A stretch of 37,173 nucleotides of DNA from Pseudomonadota bacterium (GTDB lineage Bacteria; Pseudomonadota; Gammaproteobacteria; Pseudomonadales; Azotimanducaceae): positions 1-37,173 of the forward strand of contig JAQCAK010000001.1 in NCBI GenBank assembly GCA_027621895.1, read 5' to 3'. This document shows positions 17,315-31,584 of this stretch, piece after piece (position 1 is the stretch's first letter; every line of letters begins with the position of its first letter). A program made the translations under genes and the position numbers. The notes under the pieces were generated by a model. It made no database searches and had not been told where the DNA came from. It was given only the letters and a program-made list of their open reading frames with translations.

Positions 17315-17968
17315 ATGGTACAGGAAGACTATCAGCGGGCATTTATCAGGTTTGCAATGGATCAGGGCGCGCTGCGATTTGGTGAATTTACACTCAAGTC
17401 AGGCCGTACCAGTCCCTATTTCTTCAATGCCGGAGAGTTCAAGACCGGTGCTGCTCTGTCCCGCCTCGGGGGTTTCTATGCGGATGCGCTGATGGCGTCC
17501 GGGATGTATTCTGACGGCCTTTTCGGTCCTGCCTACAAGGGAATTCCGCTGGCAGCAGCCACGGCCATCGCAATGGCAGAGCGCTATCAGAAGGATTTAC
17601 CCTATACATTCAACCGCAAGGAAGCCAAAGACCACGGGGAGGGAGGTCAATTCGTCGGGGCACCCCTGTCCGGTAATCTGGTAATCGTGGATGATGTGAT
17701 TACCGCTGGTACGGCAATCAGGGAGGTCATGGCCCTGATTGAGGATTCCCCTGCAAAAGTGGTGGGTGTGCTGGTTGCCATTGATCGCCAGGAGCGCGGT
17801 ACGGGAGAGCTTTCAGCCATTCAGGAGGTCGAGGCACGCTACGGCATCAGCGTGGTACCCGTGGTCACACTGGACCATGTCGTCCAGTATTTGGAGGAAA
17901 TTGGCGGGTTTGAAGCAGAAATTAGTCAAATTGGTTCATATAGAATTCAGTATGGAATAGCATCATAG
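17315..17968 (+). CDS. pyrE: Orotate phosphoribosyltransferase
   Basis: 217 aa with [39 protein letters not shown] and the PRPP motif [12 protein letters not shown]. Confidence 0.96.
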   Translation: MVQEDYQRAFIRFAMDQGALRFGEFTLKSGRTSPYFFNAGEFKTGAALSRLGGFYADALMASGMYSDGLFGPAYKGIPLAAATAIAMAERYQKDLPYTFNRKEAKDHGEGGQFVGAPLSGNLVIVDDVITAGTAIREVMALIEDSPAKVVGVLVAIDRQERGTGELSAIQEVEARYGISVVPVVTLDHVVQYLEEIGGFEAEISQIGSYRIQYGIAS

Positions 17969-17973
17969 GTCTG

Positions 17974-18582
17974 ATGTTGAAACTACGTTACCTTCTTCTA
18001 GGCGCAGCTCTGATGCAATTCGATACGGTTGCAGCGGAGCTCTATCGCTACAAGAACGAAGACGGTGTCACCGTACTCGACAGTCATGTGCCGGCCCGCT
18101 ACGTCAAGAACGGTTACACCATTCTGAGTCTTGATGGCCGGGTTCTTGAGGTTGTCCCCCGTGCCCTCAGTGAGCAGGAAATTCGTGAGCGCGATCGCCG
18201 CATCGCGGAAGAAGAACGTCTCGCGCGGGAAAAGCGTGAGCGCGAGATAGCCGACCAGAACCTGATGCGCCTTTACAGCACACCGGGCGACGTCATCCGG
18301 GCCAGGAACGCCAAGATCGCCAGTATTGACAGCATGATCAACACCCAGAAAGGCAATATCCAGCGGCTGGATGCCCAAAAGCGCCAGTTGGAATCAGCGC
18401 TGGCTGATATCCAGCGTGCCGGCGGTGTTATCGATAAAGACCAGTTGGCGAGGATCAGGGGCATTGAGACTCGGATCTCGCAGATCGAATCAGAGATCGA
18501 GAAAAAAATTGAAGAGAAGGAGGCCCTGAAAGTCTCCTACGCCAATGACCTGAAGCGAGTTAAAGAGCTCTACGGTCGATAG
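17974..18582 (+). CDS. DUF4124-like secreted coiled-coil protein
   Basis: 202 aa. It has an N-terminal signal peptide (MLKLRYLLLGAALMQFDTVAA) and a DUF4124-like motif (ELYRYKNEDGVTVLDSHVP). A long charged heptad-rich region follows (EEERLAREKREREIA ... ISQIESEIEKKIEEKEALK). Confidence 0.7.
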   Translation: MLKLRYLLLGAALMQFDTVAAELYRYKNEDGVTVLDSHVPARYVKNGYTILSLDGRVLEVVPRALSEQEIRERDRRIAEEERLAREKREREIADQNLMRLYSTPGDVIRARNAKIASIDSMINTQKGNIQRLDAQKRQLESALADIQRAGGVIDKDQLARIRGIETRISQIESEIEKKIEEKEALKVSYANDLKRVKELYGR

Positions 18583-18607
18583 AGTCATCTGATACCCAGA
18601 CAGCGGC

Positions 18608-22660
<4,053 letters not shown>

Positions 22661-22681
22661 GAGGTGTCCCCTGTCCTTTGT

Positions 22682-23137
22682 CTACTGTGTGCCCGACGAT
22701 CCGAAACCGCCGGTTCCTCTGTCTGTTGACGTAAACTCGTCGACGATCCTAAAACGAGTCTGAACCACCGGCACCAGAACCAGCTGGGCGACGCGATCTC
22801 CCGGTTGGATCGTAAATGGATGCTGCCCCCGATTCCACGCTGAAATCATCAGCTCTCCCTGGTAGTCGGAATCAATCAGGCCGACCAGGTTACCGAGTAC
22901 GATACCGTGTTTATGGCCGAGACCTGACCTTGGAAGTATCAGGGCCGCGTAGGCCGGGTTTTCGATATAGATTGCCAGGCCCGTGGGGATCAGCGTCGTG
23001 GAGCCGGGTGCCAGTTCCAGATCCTCATCCAGGCAGGCTCGAAGGTCCAGACCCGCTGCGCCGGCGGTTGTGTACTCGGGCAAGGGAATGGAATCACCGA
23101 TCTTCGGATTCAGTATCCTGACCTGAAGACTATCCAT
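22682..23137 (-). CDS. dut: dUTP diphosphatase
   Basis: 151 aa with [34 protein letters not shown] and [12 protein letters not shown]. Confidence 0.96.
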   Translation of the reverse strand: MDSLQVRILNPKIGDSIPLPEYTTAGAAGLDLRACLDEDLELAPGSTTLIPTGLAIYIENPAYAALILPRSGLGHKHGIVLGNLVGLIDSDYQGELMISAWNRGQHPFTIQPGDRVAQLVLVPVVQTRFRIVDEFTSTDRGTGGFGSSGTQ

Positions 23138-24347
23138 GGGTTTGGCTCTCTGTTACCAGCTGATCTGCGATCAATTCGATAATACGCCTTGCCAGTGTGG
23201 CTTTGGACATCAGTGTCAGCGTCTCTTCACCGGCGCGAGTGATCACGGTGGTTTCATTGTCATCGCTGTTGAAACCGATTTCCTGGTTGCTGACGTCGTT
23301 GGCGATAATCATGTCCAGCTTTTTCGCCTCAAATTTTTTCCTGGCATTGTCAATGACCTGCTCGGTTTCGGCGGCGAAGCCAACGGTGAAAGGGCGGTCC
23401 TTGAGCGTGGCGACGGTTCTCAATATGTCGGGATTCTGAATCAGCTGCAGTGTGATTGAGCCGTCCCCCTGCTTCTTAATCTTCTGGCTTTCTGTTGTTG
23501 CCGGCCGATAGTCCGCGACAGCGGCAACACCGATGAAAATGTCTGCACCGTCAATGACATTCATGACGGCATCGAGCATTGCCCGCGCTGATTCAACCCG
23601 CACGAGCGTTACCCGGTCGGGTGGAGGCAGGGCTGTTGGGCCGCTGACAAGTGTGACGCGAGCGCCGGCTTCTGCGGCCGCAGTGGCCAGTGCGTAGCCC
23701 TGCTTGCCGGAACTGTGATTGCTGATGTATCGCACCGGGTCGATCGCCTCTCTTGTCGGGCCCGCGGTGATAACGACGTGGCGTCCTGCCAGAGAACCGG
23801 TTTTAAACAGGCCGCTGACAGCATCCACGATCAGCGGCACATCCATCAGTCGACCGGTACCTGTCTCACCGCAGGCCTGCAGCCCATCACCGGGCTCAAA
23901 AATGCTGATTCCACGGTCCCGGAGAGTGGTGAGATTCTGCTGTGTGGAGACCTTGCCCCACATGGCCTGGTTCATGGCAGGGGCGACAGCAATCGGGCAT
24001 TCAGCGGCCAGGCAGATGGTCGTCAGCAGGTCATCGCCGTGACCTGCAACCAGGCGGGCGAGGAAGTCTGCAGTCGCTGGCGCAACGATAATGACATCCG
24101 CCCAGCGAGCCAGTTCAATATGGCCCATGACCGACTCTGTCTCCGCATCCAGCAGATCAAGATGAACCGGATGGTTTGACAGCGCCTGCAGCGTCAGCGG
24201 TGTAATAAATGCCTGGGCTGCCTGGGTCATGGTGACCCGGACATCTGCGCCTTCGTCCTGCAGCCTGCGCACCAGCTCAGCGCTCTTGTAGGCCGCGATG
24301 CCTCCGGTGATTCCCAGCAGTACGCGTTTGTTGGTCAGGCGAGTCAA
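23130..24347 (-). CDS. coaBC: Bifunctional phosphopantothenoylcysteine decarboxylase / phosphopantothenate-cysteine ligase CoaBC (Dfp)
   Basis: The track ORF extends to TTG 24401. I prefer TTG 24345-24347, preceded by GGAG at 5 nt. That start gives (M)[20 protein letters not shown], which matches the E. coli N-terminal spacing and gives 405 aa. No in-frame ATG is available. PAMN and [10 protein letters not shown] motifs are present. Confidence 0.92.
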   Translation of the reverse strand: MTRLTNKRVLLGITGGIAAYKSAELVRRLQDEGADVRVTMTQAAQAFITPLTLQALSNHPVHLDLLDAETESVMGHIELARWADVIIVAPATADFLARLVAGHGDDLLTTICLAAECPIAVAPAMNQAMWGKVSTQQNLTTLRDRGISIFEPGDGLQACGETGTGRLMDVPLIVDAVSGLFKTGSLAGRHVVITAGPTREAIDPVRYISNHSSGKQGYALATAAAEAGARVTLVSGPTALPPPDRVTLVRVESARAMLDAVMNVIDGADIFIGVAAVADYRPATTESQKIKKQGDGSITLQLIQNPDILRTVATLKDRPFTVGFAAETEQVIDNARKKFEAKKLDMIIANDVSNQEIGFNSDDNETTVITRAGEETLTLMSKATLARRIIELIADQLVTESQTHG

Positions 24348-24586
24348 GTCAGCTCCAGAGGCGACAATCCTGTTGCCGCGGTTGCGCCAGTTGGCGTTCA
24401 ATCATCAAAGTCCCACAGAGACACGGGACTGGTGCTGTCAGGCACGCGGGGTGTTTACCCATGCCAGTCTCGTGGAAGCAAAGGGTAGCATAGCGCTCTT
24501 TGAAAGTGGTCACTCACTTATGCATCGAATTCGGGGACCTTACACTCTCAGTTTTCTCGTCCGGTACCGGGCATGGACGGGCCCAC

Positions 24587-25264
24587 ATGCAGGCTGAAGA
24601 ACCGGCAACAGAACTGATGATGCCCCGGGAGAAGCTGCTTAAAGCGGGTCCGGAACAGCTCGACGATGCTGAACTGCTCGCGATTTTCCTGCGAACCGGC
24701 ACCCGCGGCAGCGATGTCGTTACCCTGGCCCGGCAGCTGATCTCGAGGTTTGACGGACTGCGGGGGCTCCTGCAGGCGAACAGGCAGGATCTGCTGTCTG
24801 AGCCGGGTATCGGTCTGGCCAAGTATGCGGAAATTGCTGCCGTTGTTGAACTCGCTGGTCGTTATCTGAAATCCGCGATCCAGCGAGGCGATGCACTGAC
24901 CGACCCGGACATCACCAGGCAGTTTCTGATGCTGAAGCTGCGTCCCTATTCGAGAGAGGTCTTCAGCTGTCTGTTTATGGACAATCAGCACCGGTTGATC
25001 ACCTATGAGGAAATGTTTTTCGGCACCATTGACGGCGCCAGTGTGCACCCCCGTGAAGTGGTCAAGCGCGCATTGGAAGTCAATGCGGCGGCGCTGATTT
25101 TTGCTCACAACCACCCATCGGGTGTCGCAGAACCTTCCCAGGCTGACCGGCGGATCACGGACCGCCTCCAGTCTGCACTGTCGCTGGTCGATATCCGGGT
25201 GCTCGATCACCTGGTGGTGGGTGATGCCGAGGTGGTCTCTTTTGCGGAGCGGGGCTGGATTTAG
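24587..25264 (+). CDS. radC: RadC/YicR family JAB-domain protein
   Basis: [20 protein letters not shown] and the JAB/MPN motif HNHPSG are present. The start is uncertain: ATG 24587 is preferred, ATG 24617 is an alternative, and track start 24500 is probably over-extended. Confidence 0.9.
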   Translation: MQAEEPATELMMPREKLLKAGPEQLDDAELLAIFLRTGTRGSDVVTLARQLISRFDGLRGLLQANRQDLLSEPGIGLAKYAEIAAVVELAGRYLKSAIQRGDALTDPDITRQFLMLKLRPYSREVFSCLFMDNQHRLITYEEMFFGTIDGASVHPREVVKRALEVNAAALIFAHNHPSGVAEPSQADRRITDRLQSALSLVDIRVLDHLVVGDAEVVSFAERGWI

Positions 25265-25299
25265 GCGCAGTGGTACACCCTTAAGCGATGCAGTCTGTG

Positions 25300-25328
25300 T
25301 TGAAGAACCGGGGGTGTTCTGGTATAAA
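25300..25328 (+). promoter_or_regulatory. Candidate rpmB-rpmG promoter (TTGAAG-N17-TATAAA)
   Basis: The -35 lies at 25300-25305 and the -10 at 25323-25328 with a 17-nt spacer, about 78 nt upstream of the rpmB ATG. This is a motif match only. Confidence 0.4.
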
Positions 25329-25405
25329 GCACCGCTCTCGACGCGGCGCTGTCGCCCATCGGTTGACATTGAACCCGCAAGTAATTGATATTTAAGGTAT
25401 TTGAC

Positions 25406-25642
25406 ATGGCCAGAGAATGTCAGGTCACAGGCAAACGCCCCGTGACCGGAAATAACGTATCTCACGCGCATAACAAGACGCGTCGTCGCTTCCTGCCGAA
25501 CGTACATGATCATCGTTTCTGGCTGGAGAGCGAAAACCGCTTCGTTAAGCTGCGAGTATCCGCCAAGGGTATGAGAATCATCGACAAGCTGGGTATCGAC
25601 CAGGTTGTCAGCGATATTCGCTCCAAGGGTGTAAAGGTTTAA
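25406..25642 (+). CDS. rpmB: 50S ribosomal protein L28
   Basis: [33 protein letters not shown] is colinear with E. coli L28. ATG 25406 has AAGG upstream; the track start at TTG 25385 is over-extended. Confidence 0.97.
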   Translation: MARECQVTGKRPVTGNNVSHAHNKTRRRFLPNVHDHRFWLESENRFVKLRVSAKGMRIIDKLGIDQVVSDIRSKGVKV

Positions 25643-25644
25643 TC

Positions 25645-25800
25645 ATGAGAGAAAAAATCAAACTCGTCTCATCTGCCGGTACGGGTCACTACTACACGAC
25701 CAGCAAAAACAAGCGCACGATGCCCGATAAAATGGAGATCAAGAAGTTTGATCCCGTGGTTCGCAAGCACGTGATGTATAAAGAAGCCAAGATAAAGTAG
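25645..25800 (+). CDS. rpmG: 50S ribosomal protein L33 (51 aa, not in the supplied ORF track)
   Basis: Manual translation gives [51 protein letters not shown]. The gene starts 2 nt after the rpmB stop, which is the canonical rpmB-rpmG arrangement. Confidence 0.96.
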   Translation: MREKIKLVSSAGTGHYYTTSKNKRTMPDKMEIKKFDPVVRKHVMYKEAKIK

Positions 25801-25808
25801 CGAATCAG

Positions 25809-25828
25809 GGCCGCCTTTCCGGGCGGCC
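25809..25828 (+). terminator. GC-rich hairpin after rpmG (GGCCGCC-TTTCCG-GGCGGCC), possible terminator
   Basis: A 7-bp perfect GC stem with a 6-nt loop begins 9 nt after the L33 stop. The downstream tract (TGTCCCCTTCTCC) is only weakly T-rich. Confidence 0.4.
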
Positions 25829-25954
25829 TGTCCCCTTCTCCATCGCCCCGTTTCGTTGAGATGATCCCGGTCCAAGAACCGTGTTCGCGGGCATCGCTGG
25901 CGATACCTGTCGCCCGTTCCGATGACCTGGTGCTATGGCGGCCCGGAGGGATCG

Positions 25955-26782
25955 GTGCCTGAACTTCCCGAGGTCGAAACGACCCGTCGCGGTATCGAAC
26001 CGCTGGTTGTCGGCAAACTGGTCCGGCAGACCCTGGTGCGACAGCCTTCCCTTCGCTGGCCTGTTTCACCGGAACTGGCGCAAATGCTGACCGGTGGACG
26101 GATCACGGCTATCGACCGGCGTGCCAAGTACCTGCTGTTTAATCTTGATCGTGGCGATCAACCGGGTGGACGCATGATGATCCATCTTGGCATGTCAGGC
26201 AGCCTGCGAATCACCTCCGCGGACACCCTGCCTCGCAAGCACGATCATATTGATGTCATCTTTGATGACGATACCATCCTGCGTTTCCACGATCCCCGGC
26301 GGTTTGGCTCGGTATTCTGGCTGCCCCCTGGAGAAAATCACGAACTGCTCGATTCGCTGGGACCGGAGCCGCTGTCCGCCGATTTCGATGGTGACTACCT
26401 GTATGAACGATCCAGGGGGCGCAAGGTTGCGGTCAAGCAGTTCATCATGAACAGCCAGGTGGGCGTCGGCGTTGGCAATATCTATGCGAACGAGTCGCTA
26501 TACCTGTCCGGTATCCATCCTGCTCGATACGCGGGAAGAATCTCACGGCAGCGGTACCTCATTCTGGCATCGAACATACGCCGGGTCCTTGAGAGTGCGA
26601 TTCAATCCGGGGGTACAACGCTAAGGGATTTCGTCAGGGAAGATGGTACACCGGGGTATTTCAGGCAACAGCTGAACGCGTATGGCAAGGCTGGCGAACC
26701 CTGCAAGGGGTGCGGCCGACTCCTCAGGGAATCCCGGCTGGGCCAGCGAACCACAGTTTATTGCGCATACTGCCAGCGTTGA
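25955..26782 (+). CDS. mutM: Formamidopyrimidine-DNA glycosylase MutM/Fpg
   Basis: The start is set at GTG 25955, preceded by GGAGGG, so the mature N-terminus is PELPEVETTRRG (the catalytic Pro must follow fMet). The C-terminal zinc finger is CKGCGRLL...YCAYCQ. Track start 25922 would bury the catalytic proline. Confidence 0.94.
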   Translation: MPELPEVETTRRGIEPLVVGKLVRQTLVRQPSLRWPVSPELAQMLTGGRITAIDRRAKYLLFNLDRGDQPGGRMMIHLGMSGSLRITSADTLPRKHDHIDVIFDDDTILRFHDPRRFGSVFWLPPGENHELLDSLGPEPLSADFDGDYLYERSRGRKVAVKQFIMNSQVGVGVGNIYANESLYLSGIHPARYAGRISRQRYLILASNIRRVLESAIQSGGTTLRDFVREDGTPGYFRQQLNAYGKAGEPCKGCGRLLRESRLGQRTTVYCAYCQR

Positions 26783-26803
26783 CGGGTCTGGCCGATCGCT
26801 GAA

Positions 26804-27280
26804 TCAGCCGATCTCGTTATTCTTGAGAGCCTCATTGACCGCGGGATGCACAAACCTGCTGATGTCACCACCGTAGCTGGCAATCTGGCGAACCAGCGAT
26901 GACGATATGTAGGAGTTTTCCTCGCTGGGCGCGAGGAAAACGGTATCAATATCGGGTGCCAGGGCCCGGTTCATGCTCAGCATCTGAAACTCGTAGTCGA
27001 AATCGGTCACCGTTCTGATGCCCTTGAGAATCACTGACGCACCCACTGCCTTCGCAAAATCCACGGTCAGTGTGTTGAAGCCGATGATCTCAACGTTGCT
27101 GACGTGGGCCAGCGCCAGTTTCGCCAGATCGACCCTGACCTGGAGATCCCCCGGTGATTTGTGAGGGCTCGTTGCAATGCCCAGAACCACGTGATCAAAC
27201 AGGGCAGCTGCGCGTTCCACAAGATCGGCGTGGCCGTTGTGTATGGGATTAAAGGTACCTGGGTATAAAGCTGTCGTCAT
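26804..27280 (-). CDS. coaD: Phosphopantetheine adenylyltransferase
   Basis: 158 aa with YPGTFNPIHNGHADLVERA and ISSSLVRQI. Confidence 0.96.
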   Translation of the reverse strand: MTTALYPGTFNPIHNGHADLVERAAALFDHVVLGIATSPHKSPGDLQVRVDLAKLALAHVSNVEIIGFNTLTVDFAKAVGASVILKGIRTVTDFDYEFQMLSMNRALAPDIDTVFLAPSEENSYISSSLVRQIASYGGDISRFVHPAVNEALKNNEIG

Positions 27281-27340
27281 ATCGCTGGCTGCGGCCTGTT
27301 GTTAGGAGGTCGCCATCATACCGACCGCCTTCGCCGCATT

Positions 27341-27916
27341 TCAACCGCAGAAGCACAGGCAGAAATGAACGGCACCCGCCTTTTTCTGTCGATGCAGGGT
27401 CCAGTCGGCAGGCAGTTCACCTGCTGTCACAGCGCGCCCGGTTTCCAGATAGACCGCTCGCCGGGCAAGTTTTTCGGAGGCTATGCGCTGACAGTCGTTG
27501 ATCCAGGTCTCTGCCGAGAAAGGCGCGTCGATAAAAATCAGATCAAACGGGTCCCTGGTTACGCTCAGCCAGGAATCAACCGGACTGGTAACCAGTTGGT
27601 AGCGATCCGGGTCGGCTTCCAGGATGTTGAGGTTCTGCTGCAGATTGTTGATGACCCTGGGGTCGGAGTCGATAAAGCAGACTTCCGATGCCCCTCTGGA
27701 AAGGGCCTCGAGTCCGATGGCGCCGCTGCCGGCGTACAGGTCCAGGCAGCTCGCCCCGGCAATATCAGCCATCAGCCAGTTGAAGAGCGTTTCCCTGACA
27801 CGATCGGGAGTTGGTCGGATCGTCGTCGATGTCGGGAATGTCACTTTGCGACCCCGCCATTTTCCACCGATAATCCGTACACTGCGATCCTGTTGGCTGG
27901 ATAATCCGTTTTTCAT
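27341..27916 (-). CDS. rsmD: 16S rRNA (guanine966-N2)-methyltransferase RsmD
   Basis: 191 aa with RIIGGKWRGRKV, RPTPDRVRETLFNWL, LDLYAGSGAIGLEALSRGA and IFIDAPF. Colinear with E. coli RsmD and divergent from ftsY, as in E. coli. Confidence 0.93.
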   Translation of the reverse strand: MKNGLSSQQDRSVRIIGGKWRGRKVTFPTSTTIRPTPDRVRETLFNWLMADIAGASCLDLYAGSGAIGLEALSRGASEVCFIDSDPRVINNLQQNLNILEADPDRYQLVTSPVDSWLSVTRDPFDLIFIDAPFSAETWINDCQRIASEKLARRAVYLETGRAVTAGELPADWTLHRQKKAGAVHFCLCFCG

Positions 27917-27996
27917 CTTCTGGTGATCGTTGTCGCCTTTCGCGATGAGGCCAATTTAACCGGAATCGTGTCGAGAAGTACTGACGTGGAAAAACT

Positions 27997-28950
27997 ATGA
28001 CGACAAATGTTGCAGATGCCGATAATGAAAACAAGCCGGGTTTCTTCCAGCGCCTGAAGCAGGGGCTGGGGAAGACCCGTTCGAAACTCGGAGAATCACT
28101 GGGTAATGTTTTCCTCGGCGAGAAGACGCTGGACGATGACCTGCTCGAGGAACTGGAAACGGTTCTGCTCACATCTGATGTCGGCTTCGCCGCGACGACC
28201 GAGATCATTGATGATCTGACCGCCCGCGTGAGCCGCAAGGAACTGAATGACGGTGCAGCGGTGATGGATCACCTCAAACACATGCTGACTGGCATGCTGA
28301 AGCCGGTTGAATTGCCGATGGTCATCGAGGGGGCGAAGCCCTATGTGATCCTGATGGTGGGCGTCAACGGCGTGGGTAAAACCACCACGATCGGCAAGCT
28401 GGCCAGACGACTGCAGGGCGAGGGCAGGAGCGTCATGCTGGCCGCTGGTGACACCTTCCGCGCTGCAGCGGTTGAGCAGCTGAAGGTCTGGGGTGAACGT
28501 AACGACGTGCCGGTTATCGCCCAGGCAACCGGTGCCGACAGCGCCTCGGTCATTTTTGATGCGCTCAATGCAGCAAAAGCAAGACAGGTAGATGTGCTGA
28601 TTGCTGACACTGCAGGGCGGTTGCAGAACAAGAAGAACCTGATGGACGAGCTGTCGAAGATTACCCGTGTCCTGTCCCGGATTGACAACAGCGCGCCGCA
28701 CGAGGTGATGCTGGTGCTGGATGCGGGAACTGGCCAGAACGCCATTTCCCAGGCCAGGGAATTTATGGCCACCGTTAACGTCTCTGGAATTACGCTGACC
28801 AAACTGGACGGTACCGCGAAAGGCGGGGTGATTTTTGCCCTGGCTAACCAGCTGAAGCTGCCCATTCGCTTTATCTGCGTCGGTGAACAGATAGAGGACC
28901 TGAGGCCCTTTTCTGCTGAAGAGTTTGTTAGTGCGCTTTTCGAACAGTAA
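27997..28950 (+). CDS. ftsY: Signal recognition particle receptor FtsY (short form lacking the long acidic A domain)
   Basis: 317 aa with NG domain motifs GVNGVGKTTTIGKLA, DTFRAAA, DTAGRL and TKLDGTAKGG. Confidence 0.96.
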   Translation: MTTNVADADNENKPGFFQRLKQGLGKTRSKLGESLGNVFLGEKTLDDDLLEELETVLLTSDVGFAATTEIIDDLTARVSRKELNDGAAVMDHLKHMLTGMLKPVELPMVIEGAKPYVILMVGVNGVGKTTTIGKLARRLQGEGRSVMLAAGDTFRAAAVEQLKVWGERNDVPVIAQATGADSASVIFDALNAAKARQVDVLIADTAGRLQNKKNLMDELSKITRVLSRIDNSAPHEVMLVLDAGTGQNAISQAREFMATVNVSGITLTKLDGTAKGGVIFALANQLKLPIRFICVGEQIEDLRPFSAEEFVSALFEQ

Positions 28951-28968
28951 TCGGCCGCGGCAACAGTC

Positions 28969-29634
28969 ATGATTCGATTTGATGATGTCAGCAAACGCTA
29001 TCCGGGTGGCAACGACGCGCTTTCCCGTGTGAACTTTGAGCTGGCAGGTGGAGAGATGGCGTTCCTGACCGGCCATTCCGGCGCGGGCAAGAGCACACTG
29101 ATGAAGCTGATCATCGTCATGGAAAGAGCCAGTCGGGGTCAGGTTTTCGTCAACGGGGTCAACCTGAATCGGGTGTCCAGAGGTCAGATTCCTCTGGTGC
29201 GGCGTGGTGTCGGCGTTGTTTTTCAGAATCACCAGTTGCTGTTTGACCGGAATGTCTACGACAACGTGGCCCTGCCACTGACCATTGCGGGCTACTCTCC
29301 ACGCGACGTGGGTCGACGTGTGAGGGCTGCACTGTCCAAGGTTGGCCTGGGAGACAAGGAAAAAAAGCTGCCGGTGCAGTTATCCGGCGGTGAACAGCAG
29401 CGGGTCGGCATCGCCCGTGCCGTGGTCAACAAACCGCCGGTACTGCTGGCGGATGAACCCACAGGCAACCTCGATCCCGCGCTTTCCCTGGAAGTCATGA
29501 ACCTGTTCAGCCAGTTTAACCAGGTCGGTGTGACCGTGCTGATTGCGACTCACGACCTGGAGCTGGTCAAGACCATGGGCTGCCGGGAACTGATCCTGCG
29601 TGACGGTTCACTGGTTGCCGGCGGTGATCTGTGA
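28969..29634 (+). CDS. ftsE: Cell division ATP-binding protein FtsE
   Basis: 221 aa with Walker A GHSGAGKST, ABC signature LSGGEQQRV and Walker B VLLADEPTGNLD. Confidence 0.96.
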   Translation: MIRFDDVSKRYPGGNDALSRVNFELAGGEMAFLTGHSGAGKSTLMKLIIVMERASRGQVFVNGVNLNRVSRGQIPLVRRGVGVVFQNHQLLFDRNVYDNVALPLTIAGYSPRDVGRRVRAALSKVGLGDKEKKLPVQLSGGEQQRVGIARAVVNKPPVLLADEPTGNLDPALSLEVMNLFSQFNQVGVTVLIATHDLELVKTMGCRELILRDGSLVAGGDL

Positions 29635-30587
29635 AGACCACCGGGGCGACTGTTGCGATTACCGGTACCCGGGACCGGCTGCGGGCATGGATCGCGCATC
29701 ATCGGCGCGTCTGTATCGGGACCCTGCGCGAGCTGCTGGAGAGTCCCCTGTCCAGCCTGATGACCTGGCTGGTCATCGGTATTGCCCTGGCGCTACCGGC
29801 CATTCTGACGGTGTTTCTGCAGAATGTGTCGGCCCTGAGCGGGGACTGGGGTGGCGAGCCGAGACTCAGTGTCTACCTGGTGCAGACTGCGGGCACCGCT
29901 GAAGCCAGGGCCCTGGCTGATACCCTGGAACGGCAGGGGGATGTCAGCGAAACCCGCTTCATTTCATCGGAACAGGCGCTGGTAGACTTCAGGAATCGAT
30001 CCGGATTCGGCGATGTCCTGGCATCCCTGGATCGTAATCCCCTCCCTCATGTGATCGAAGTTGTGCCGGTGACTGCGGACCCGCTCGAGCTCGGCTCGCT
30101 GGTTGCGCGTATTGAGGCGGACAACCTTGTCGAATCGGTGGCGGTGGACCTGGCCTGGCTGGAGCGGCTGTATGGCCTGCTGCAGTTCGCCAAGCGCCTG
30201 GTCACTGCCCTGGGGATCGTACTGGCCCTGGGAGTCCTGCTTATCATGGGAAATACGATCCGGCTGTCTATCGAAAACCGGCGCCAGGAAATTGAGGTGA
30301 TCAAGCTGGTTGGCGGCACGGACGGATTTGTTCGCCGCCCCTTCCTGTATCTTGGCTTCTGGTATGGACTGGGTGGTGCCCTGTTTGCCCTGGTGCTGCT
30401 GGAGGCCAGCCTCCTGTTTCTTTCCAGCCCGGTGGAAATGCTGGCACAGAGCTATCAGGATGACTATGCGCTGAGTGGCCCGGGACTGATGGGCATCCTG
30501 CTCCTGCTGTTGCTGGGGGCGTTTCTCGGGGTTGCCGGCGCCGTGCTGGCCGTTTCCAGGCACCTGAGAGACATTGAGCCGCGCTGA
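29631..30587 (+). CDS. ftsX: Cell division permease-like protein FtsX
   Basis: 318 aa. The GTG start overlaps the ftsE stop (GTGA). It has four TM segments with a large first periplasmic loop, and the motifs IEVIKLVGGTDGFVRRPFLY. Confidence 0.93.
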   Translation: MKTTGATVAITGTRDRLRAWIAHHRRVCIGTLRELLESPLSSLMTWLVIGIALALPAILTVFLQNVSALSGDWGGEPRLSVYLVQTAGTAEARALADTLERQGDVSETRFISSEQALVDFRNRSGFGDVLASLDRNPLPHVIEVVPVTADPLELGSLVARIEADNLVESVAVDLAWLERLYGLLQFAKRLVTALGIVLALGVLLIMGNTIRLSIENRRQEIEVIKLVGGTDGFVRRPFLYLGFWYGLGGALFALVLLEASLLFLSSPVEMLAQSYQDDYALSGPGLMGILLLLLLGAFLGVAGAVLAVSRHLRDIEPR

Positions 30588-30623
30588 GCGTACGACCTTC
30601 TGCAGGGGCTGCTGGCAGCACGA

Positions 30624-30653
30624 TTAGCAGAGCGATGCGCACAGTGCTAGAAT
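30624..30653 (+). promoter_or_regulatory. Candidate rpoH promoter (TTAGCA-N18-TAGAAT with TGC extended -10)
   Basis: The -35 lies at 30624-30629, TG at 30645-30646 and the -10 at 30648-30653, about 70 nt upstream of the rpoH ATG. This is a motif match only. Confidence 0.3.
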
Positions 30654-30723
30654 CCGCGGCCCGCTATTCATTAACAGACCGGTGACCGCTGTCCCGTGCG
30701 CCGCCGGCTGAAACAGGGACCTT

Positions 30724-31569
30724 ATGAGTTCGAAAGAAATTCTGCCAGCAGACGTCTTGTCTCCGGGCGGTAACCTGGATGCCTATATCCAGGCCGTGAA
30801 CAGTATTCCGGTGCTGACCGTAGAGCGCGAGCAGGCACTCGCCCGTGCGTTGCGAGATCAGAGCGACCTAGATGCTGCCCGGCAGTTAGTAATGGCTCAC
30901 TTACGCTTCGTCGTATACGTGGCAAGGTCTTACGGTGGCTACGGTCTGTCGGAAGCGGATCTGATTCAGGAAGGGAACGTCGGGTTGATGAAGGCCGTCA
31001 GACGTTTTGACCCGGAGTTTGGGGTCCGCCTGGTGTCTTTTGCCGTGCACTGGATCAAGGCGGAGATCCACGAGTTCATTCTTAAAAACTGGCGCATTGT
31101 TAAAATTGCGACCACCAAGTCCCAGCGTAAACTGTTTTTCAACCTGCGCAGTTCACGCAAAAGGCTGGGTTGGATGAACGAGACCGAGGTTCAGGATGTT
31201 GCCCGGGAGCTGGGTGTTCCTGCCGATGATGTCCGACAGATGGAAAACCGGCTCTACGTGCATGATGAGGCTTTCGAAACAGAAGTTGATGACGATGAGT
31301 CTTACACCCCGTCGCAATGGCTCACTGACGCCGAGGGCGACCCTGCATTGATCAATGAGCACCAGGATCACTACGAACAGCAGTCGGCAAAGCTCGACAA
31401 GGCTTTTGGCGAACTGGACAGCCGTGCCCGTGAGATTATCGAGCGTCGCTGGTTGTCTGAAAAGAAATCCACGCTCCATGAACTCGCTGACCATTTCGGC
31501 GTGTCTGCCGAGCGGATTCGACAACTCGAGCAGGGTGCACTGAAGAAGCTGCGTCTCAACGTCAGCTGA
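30724..31569 (+). CDS. rpoH: RNA polymerase sigma-32 factor RpoH
   Basis: 281 aa. It has region 2 [19 protein letters not shown], the RpoH box QRKLFFNLR and region 4.2 [21 protein letters not shown]. Sits in the canonical position after ftsYEX. Confidence 0.97.
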   Translation: MSSKEILPADVLSPGGNLDAYIQAVNSIPVLTVEREQALARALRDQSDLDAARQLVMAHLRFVVYVARSYGGYGLSEADLIQEGNVGLMKAVRRFDPEFGVRLVSFAVHWIKAEIHEFILKNWRIVKIATTKSQRKLFFNLRSSRKRLGWMNETEVQDVARELGVPADDVRQMENRLYVHDEAFETEVDDDESYTPSQWLTDAEGDPALINEHQDHYEQQSAKLDKAFGELDSRAREIIERRWLSEKKSTLHELADHFGVSAERIRQLEQGALKKLRLNVS

Positions 31570-31584
31570 CGATCGGGGCGAGCG

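Noticed and set aside
25363-25391. Second promoter-like element TTGACA-N17-TGATAT just upstream of rpmB.
   Set aside because: A transcript from it would start at or after the rpmB ribosome-binding site (AAGG 25394-25397). The upstream TTGAAG-N17-TATAAA element is the more plausible promoter.
24548-25513. 321-aa minus-strand ORF spanning radC, the rpmB promoter region and the start of rpmB.
   Set aside because: It is antisense to two conserved genes and crosses an intergenic promoter region. The sequence is not protein-like (Arg/Gln/Pro-rich).
28096-29232. 378-aa minus-strand ORF running antisense across the ftsY-ftsE junction.
   Set aside because: It lies entirely antisense to two strongly supported conserved genes. 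Its translation is Arg/Gln/His/Gly-rich and low-complexity with no recognisable motif. Long stop-free antisense frames are expected opposite codon-biased GC-rich genes.
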